64,000 nucleotides of DNA. It comes from Desulfosudaceae bacterium. GTDB taxonomy: Bacteria > Desulfobacterota > Desulfobacteria > Desulfobacterales > Desulfosudaceae. Below are positions 60,370 to 64,000 of the stretch, piece by piece (position 1 is the first letter of the stretch; each line of letters begins with the position of its first letter). Under the pieces are notes generated by a model. That model was not told the DNA's origin and searched no databases. It worked only from the letters and a program-made list of their open reading frames with translations. The translations under genes were made by a program, and so were the position numbers. The stretch covers positions 2,400,001 to 2,464,000 of the forward strand of contig CAXXDV010000003.1 in the NCBI GenBank assembly GCA_963674745.2. The letters run 5' to 3'.

Positions 60370-62073
60370 TCAGGGCAGATCCGCTGATGAAATACGCACG
60401 CAATAGCCGGGGCCGACAGGGATATCCTTCAAAAATCGCAGCCGGTATTCATCCGGCATCGACTGACCCGGCGGGAGGTTTCCGGTGGCCGGGTCAGGCC
60501 GCTGCAATACCAGAATATGATTATAATATATCTGCTTTAAGCGGCGCAGTTGTTTCACCCGGCGGCGGGAAAAATCAAAACCAACGGATCCCACTTTGTG
60601 AATAGCATAAAAATTGGGACGGTCCGAGATAATCAGCAGCTTCTCCAGGTCCGGGTCATAGTTGGCTTCGATGTAGTCAAGCACCCGGTTATATTCATAA
60701 GTCATTGATTTCCCCTGGACAAGCATCTGCTTTTCAGCCACCGGCCAATAATGAACAAGTTGAACGACCGCCAGAAAGATGATGACGCCCCGCCAGGGAT
60801 TTTTCGTCCCTGGAAAACAACGGCGAACGGCATAAACCGCGGGGACAACCAGGAAGGGCAAAAAAACCATGGCCAGCCGATTATCGATGTCCGTTGCAAA
60901 GTCGCCCCAGTAGAATGCCGAATAAAGAAGAAAAAGCACTGCAGCGCAGAAAAGTCCGTAAAAAACGGCGGACCGGCTGACGTCATTTATGCGATCCGCC
61001 TTTTGGAACGTCCGCTTAACCAAACTGTACATGCCGACCGCGGCCAGAACGAACAACACCGGCACAAAGCCGTAATCTGAATTAAGCCCGGACAGCACAA
61101 ATATATTGGGTTGAAAATGCTGCGCCAGATTGGCCGGACCGAAAAGCTGGTCCGCCACCTGACGCGTATCACCGGCCAGGACCGCTCCGGAAAAAAAATA
61201 AAGGCGACGCTGCCAGATCAGGGGCAGCAACAGGACCGGGCACAAGAGCGTTGGCAGACGATAGCCAAGAATCATGTCCCGGGAAATAAACCTGGGGGCA
61301 AGCACCACCAGTCCGATGATAAAAACAGCTGATTCATAACGGCAGAAAGCCAGCAATACCAGCGACAGGAAAAGGCGTTCAGCGTGCTCAACCCGGCGGG
61401 TTTTTAAAAAGTCATAAAGCATGACCAGCGTGAAGATAACAAAAAACAGATTCACTAATTCAAAACCGCTGGAGGTTCCCCAGATGAGAAAAATCGGGCA
61501 GGCGGCCGTCAGCAGCACCCCGAGGATACCGTAAAATGGTGAAAAAACGCGGGCGAGCAGGACATATATAAAAAACAGGGCCAAAACACCGGCAACGAAG
61601 TTGACGACAAAACCATTGTACGGGCTGTACCCCAGCAGGGCATGAAGCAATGAAACAAAAAACGGGTAACCCGGAGGACGCTGGTCGATATCACCGGCGT
61701 AATCATATTCGCCGTAATCAAGCGCCAGTCCCTGGAGCGGCACGGAAACGGTTTTGTTTTTATGCATGGCCATGGAAACACCGACCAGGTTGGTCTCATC
61801 CGCCAGAATTTTAAACTGCGGCGGCAAGAGATGAAACACCAGTACCATGACCGCGGCGCAAAGCAGCAGCCCGCCGTAATGGGTCTTGACCAGCGTCCTG
61901 ATCCGACCGCCTGCCGTCCGGATGACGAGCCCGCCCCAGAGGACAAACGCAGCCAATACAAAATAGTAGGCGCTGTGATTGAATACCGGCCTCAGCCACC
62001 GGTGTGGGAAAAAAAAACCTGCCGCAAGTGTTGCGGAAACAACAACGACAAAGAATATGATGCGTCTTGCCAT
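60370..62073 (-). CDS. Multi-TM GT-C fold glycosyltransferase (ArnT/PMT-like)
   Basis: ADE acidic loop, RPPGYP, many TM helices. Confidence 0.65.
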   Translation of the reverse strand: MARRIIFFVVVVSATLAAGFFFPHRWLRPVFNHSAYYFVLAAFVLWGGLVIRTAGGRIRTLVKTHYGGLLLCAAVMVLVFHLLPPQFKILADETNLVGVSMAMHKNKTVSVPLQGLALDYGEYDYAGDIDQRPPGYPFFVSLLHALLGYSPYNGFVVNFVAGVLALFFIYVLLARVFSPFYGILGVLLTAACPIFLIWGTSSGFELVNLFFVIFTLVMLYDFLKTRRVEHAERLFLSLVLLAFCRYESAVFIIGLVVLAPRFISRDMILGYRLPTLLCPVLLLPLIWQRRLYFFSGAVLAGDTRQVADQLFGPANLAQHFQPNIFVLSGLNSDYGFVPVLFVLAAVGMYSLVKRTFQKADRINDVSRSAVFYGLFCAAVLFLLYSAFYWGDFATDIDNRLAMVFLPFLVVPAVYAVRRCFPGTKNPWRGVIIFLAVVQLVHYWPVAEKQMLVQGKSMTYEYNRVLDYIEANYDPDLEKLLIISDRPNFYAIHKVGSVGFDFSRRRVKQLRRLKQIYYNHILVLQRPDPATGNLPPGQSMPDEYRLRFLKDIPVGPGYCVRISSADLP

Positions 62074-62089
62074 GATCTTCCGGCTCTTT

Positions 62090-63298
62090 TTAAACCTTAT
62101 TTAAAATTTTATATGCTTTGTCCAGCACAACTTCCGGCTTGATTGCCTCCAGACATAAATTATTGCCGTTGCAGGGAGAATTCCGGTGGTTATATGCCGT
62201 CAGGCAGGGGGAACAGGACCAGCCGGAAAAAAGGTTTACGGCGTTTGGGTTCATGGAACCATACAGAACCGGTGTTTCCGGCCCATACAGAATAATGCTG
62301 GGCAGCGATACCAGGCCGGCAAAATGTCCGGGACCGCCGTCATTGGTGATCAGTAGGCGTGAGAGACTGAATACCACCAGCAGTTCTCGCAGGCAACGGG
62401 TAAAACCGGTCATATCAACAATCTGGCCGGCTGAACCGCATTCAACGATCTGACGCGCCAGCCCCTGATCTTCCGGAGGTCCGGTCACTGCTACCACAAA
62501 CCCTTTTTCTGCCAGAGATCGGGCCACCCGGCAGTAGTAATCCGGAGGCCAGGCCCGTATGGGCAACAGCCCCCCCCCGGGATGCAAAATAACCGGGGAC
62601 GTTTCGGAAATATTAACCAGAGAAAAATGATCCCGTATCCGCGCTACCATCTCTTCTTTCTCGGTTTTCCGAATCTCGATTTGCGGCAATTCGGGCGCCT
62701 GTTCTGAAATCGGGCGTTTACATATGGGTACCTCCGAATGGTCTATGGCTTCTGCCAGGCTGACAAACTGGCGGGCAATATGCAGATAGGGATTATATAA
62801 CACCGGTCGATTGATGAAATCACCCCGGTAAAGCCCTTCCTGGGTATGGCGATGAAAGCCCACCCGAACCGGAGCCCCGGAAAAAAAGGCATAAATACTG
62901 CTGATTCTGGAAAACAGTTCACAGTCAATGACCACATCCGGCCGCTGTTGCCTCATCCTGAAAAAGAACTTCATGCTGTCAAAAACAAGTCCTGAAAACG
63001 ACCGGTCATTTACGGTTTGTATATTGTCCCGTCCCGTTAACCCGATGATATCGATAATTTCAATATTGCGCTCAAAGGTCAGAATATGCAGTGACGCCTG
63101 TGGAAATTTCTCCTGCAATCGTTTGATCATGGGCCAGGTCATGGTCAGGCTGCCCATCTCAGACAGCAGTATGATGAGTATCCGGTTGATCGGCCCACGG
63201 TCGGTATCTTTGCGCCAGATCAATGACAACAGTGACAACAACCGGCATATCAAGGGACCGGCAGTCCGATCAATTATCCGTTGGGTGGCTACTTTCAA
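62090..63298 (-). CDS. Glycosyltransferase family 9 (heptosyltransferase-like)
   Basis: LSEMGSL, LHPGGG...RAWP, ITNDGGPGHFA, YGPE, CSPC. Confidence 0.9.
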   Translation of the reverse strand: MKVATQRIIDRTAGPLICRLLSLLSLIWRKDTDRGPINRILIILLSEMGSLTMTWPMIKRLQEKFPQASLHILTFERNIEIIDIIGLTGRDNIQTVNDRSFSGLVFDSMKFFFRMRQQRPDVVIDCELFSRISSIYAFFSGAPVRVGFHRHTQEGLYRGDFINRPVLYNPYLHIARQFVSLAEAIDHSEVPICKRPISEQAPELPQIEIRKTEKEEMVARIRDHFSLVNISETSPVILHPGGGLLPIRAWPPDYYCRVARSLAEKGFVVAVTGPPEDQGLARQIVECGSAGQIVDMTGFTRCLRELLVVFSLSRLLITNDGGPGHFAGLVSLPSIILYGPETPVLYGSMNPNAVNLFSGWSCSPCLTAYNHRNSPCNGNNLCLEAIKPEVVLDKAYKILNKV

Positions 63299-63313
63299 TC
63301 AACACCTCATTTA

Positions 63314-64000
63314 TCAACGTACAAGTTTATTAAACCACCTGTCATACCCAAGGACAACCAGACGGGTTAAATCCTGTCGGGATAAATCAAGATCGATCAC
63401 CGCCAGGGCCTTTTGGTAACTCCGACCGGCAGCCGGCGTTTCCCCCCCGTGATTCATAGTATAAGCCCTTTTGATAAAAGTCCATGGCCTTGTCATAAAT
63501 GGTATCAATCTGTTGTCCCCCCTTCCGGGCTTTTTCCAGACTTTTGGTCAGCAATGCCAGCGCCTGGGGTATGTCCCCCAGGGCAATTTGGCCGCAACCC
63601 ATGTAGAACCATGCGGCCGGGTGATCCGGTTCCAACAGTGCCGCCCGGTTAAAGGCCTCTTCAGCTTTGGTCCATTGCTGATCAAAGGCCCGCGCTTTCC
63701 CAAGCGTCACCCATAGCGGCGCCCTGTCCGGCCGTATTTCAACCGCCTTTGAAAATTGTTCGATAGCCCCGGCTTTGTCGTTACGAACCGCCAGAACGTT
63801 GCCCAGCGCATGATGCGCCAGATAATTATTTTCGGTCACGGCCAGCGCATGACGATAGAGCGTTTCACTGTCCTGCCATGTCTGAATCTGAAAAAAGGTT
63901 ATGGGTGCATAAACACCGCTAAGCATTACGGGAATAACGATCATCCAGAGCCGTCGGTGAGACAGACCGGCCAGCAACGATTTCAAGCTGAAAACCACCA
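63314..64000 (-). CDS. 3' part of a TPR membrane protein with an apparent frameshift at a G7 run
   Basis: WQDSETLYRHALAVTENNYLAH and TPRs; deleting one G at 63442-63448 joins ORF 63387..63998 to 63314..63508. Confidence 0.75.

Overview
Bacterial DNA, probably from a Desulfobacterota-type deltaproteobacterium (inferred from gene content and intergenic repeat style, not proven). Bases ~230-39710 form an accessory island. Read on the minus strand it holds a transglutaminase-like gene, a 3815-aa RTX/Ca-binding surface protein, a rhodanese-like protein and a 4454-aa Sec-signal Rhs/YD protein. An AT-rich array follows: orphan Rhs C-terminal (CT) plus partner-gene cassettes (one truncated by IS66), a glutaredoxin-like gene and a RelE/ParE-type TA pair. 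The array ends at a RAYT-like Y1 HUH transposase with perfect 27-bp inverted ends. The main signal has four parts: (1) copies of the transposase end motif recur at the cassette boundaries, often touching stop codons; (2) every orphan CT carries the same non-coding leader; (3) that leader joins the Rhs core at the same nucleotide (CCG of PGQY) in the three intact orphans; (4) core divergence from the full-length gene rises with distance (2, 9, ~20 mismatches in 93 nt, hand count). This suggests an integron-like, polarised Rhs cassette system possibly driven by the HUH transposase; the mechanism is a hypothesis. Bases ~39800-64000 are mostly core genes: rfbDBAC, lemA/TPM, orphan cheR, a TetR-ald-aminotransferase-split transketolase cluster, an amidase, mutS, LapA-family, an HD hydrolase and glycosyltransferases. 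Small MITE-like elements, 8-mer arrays and a G7 frameshift also occur there. All calls are by eye; no searches were run.
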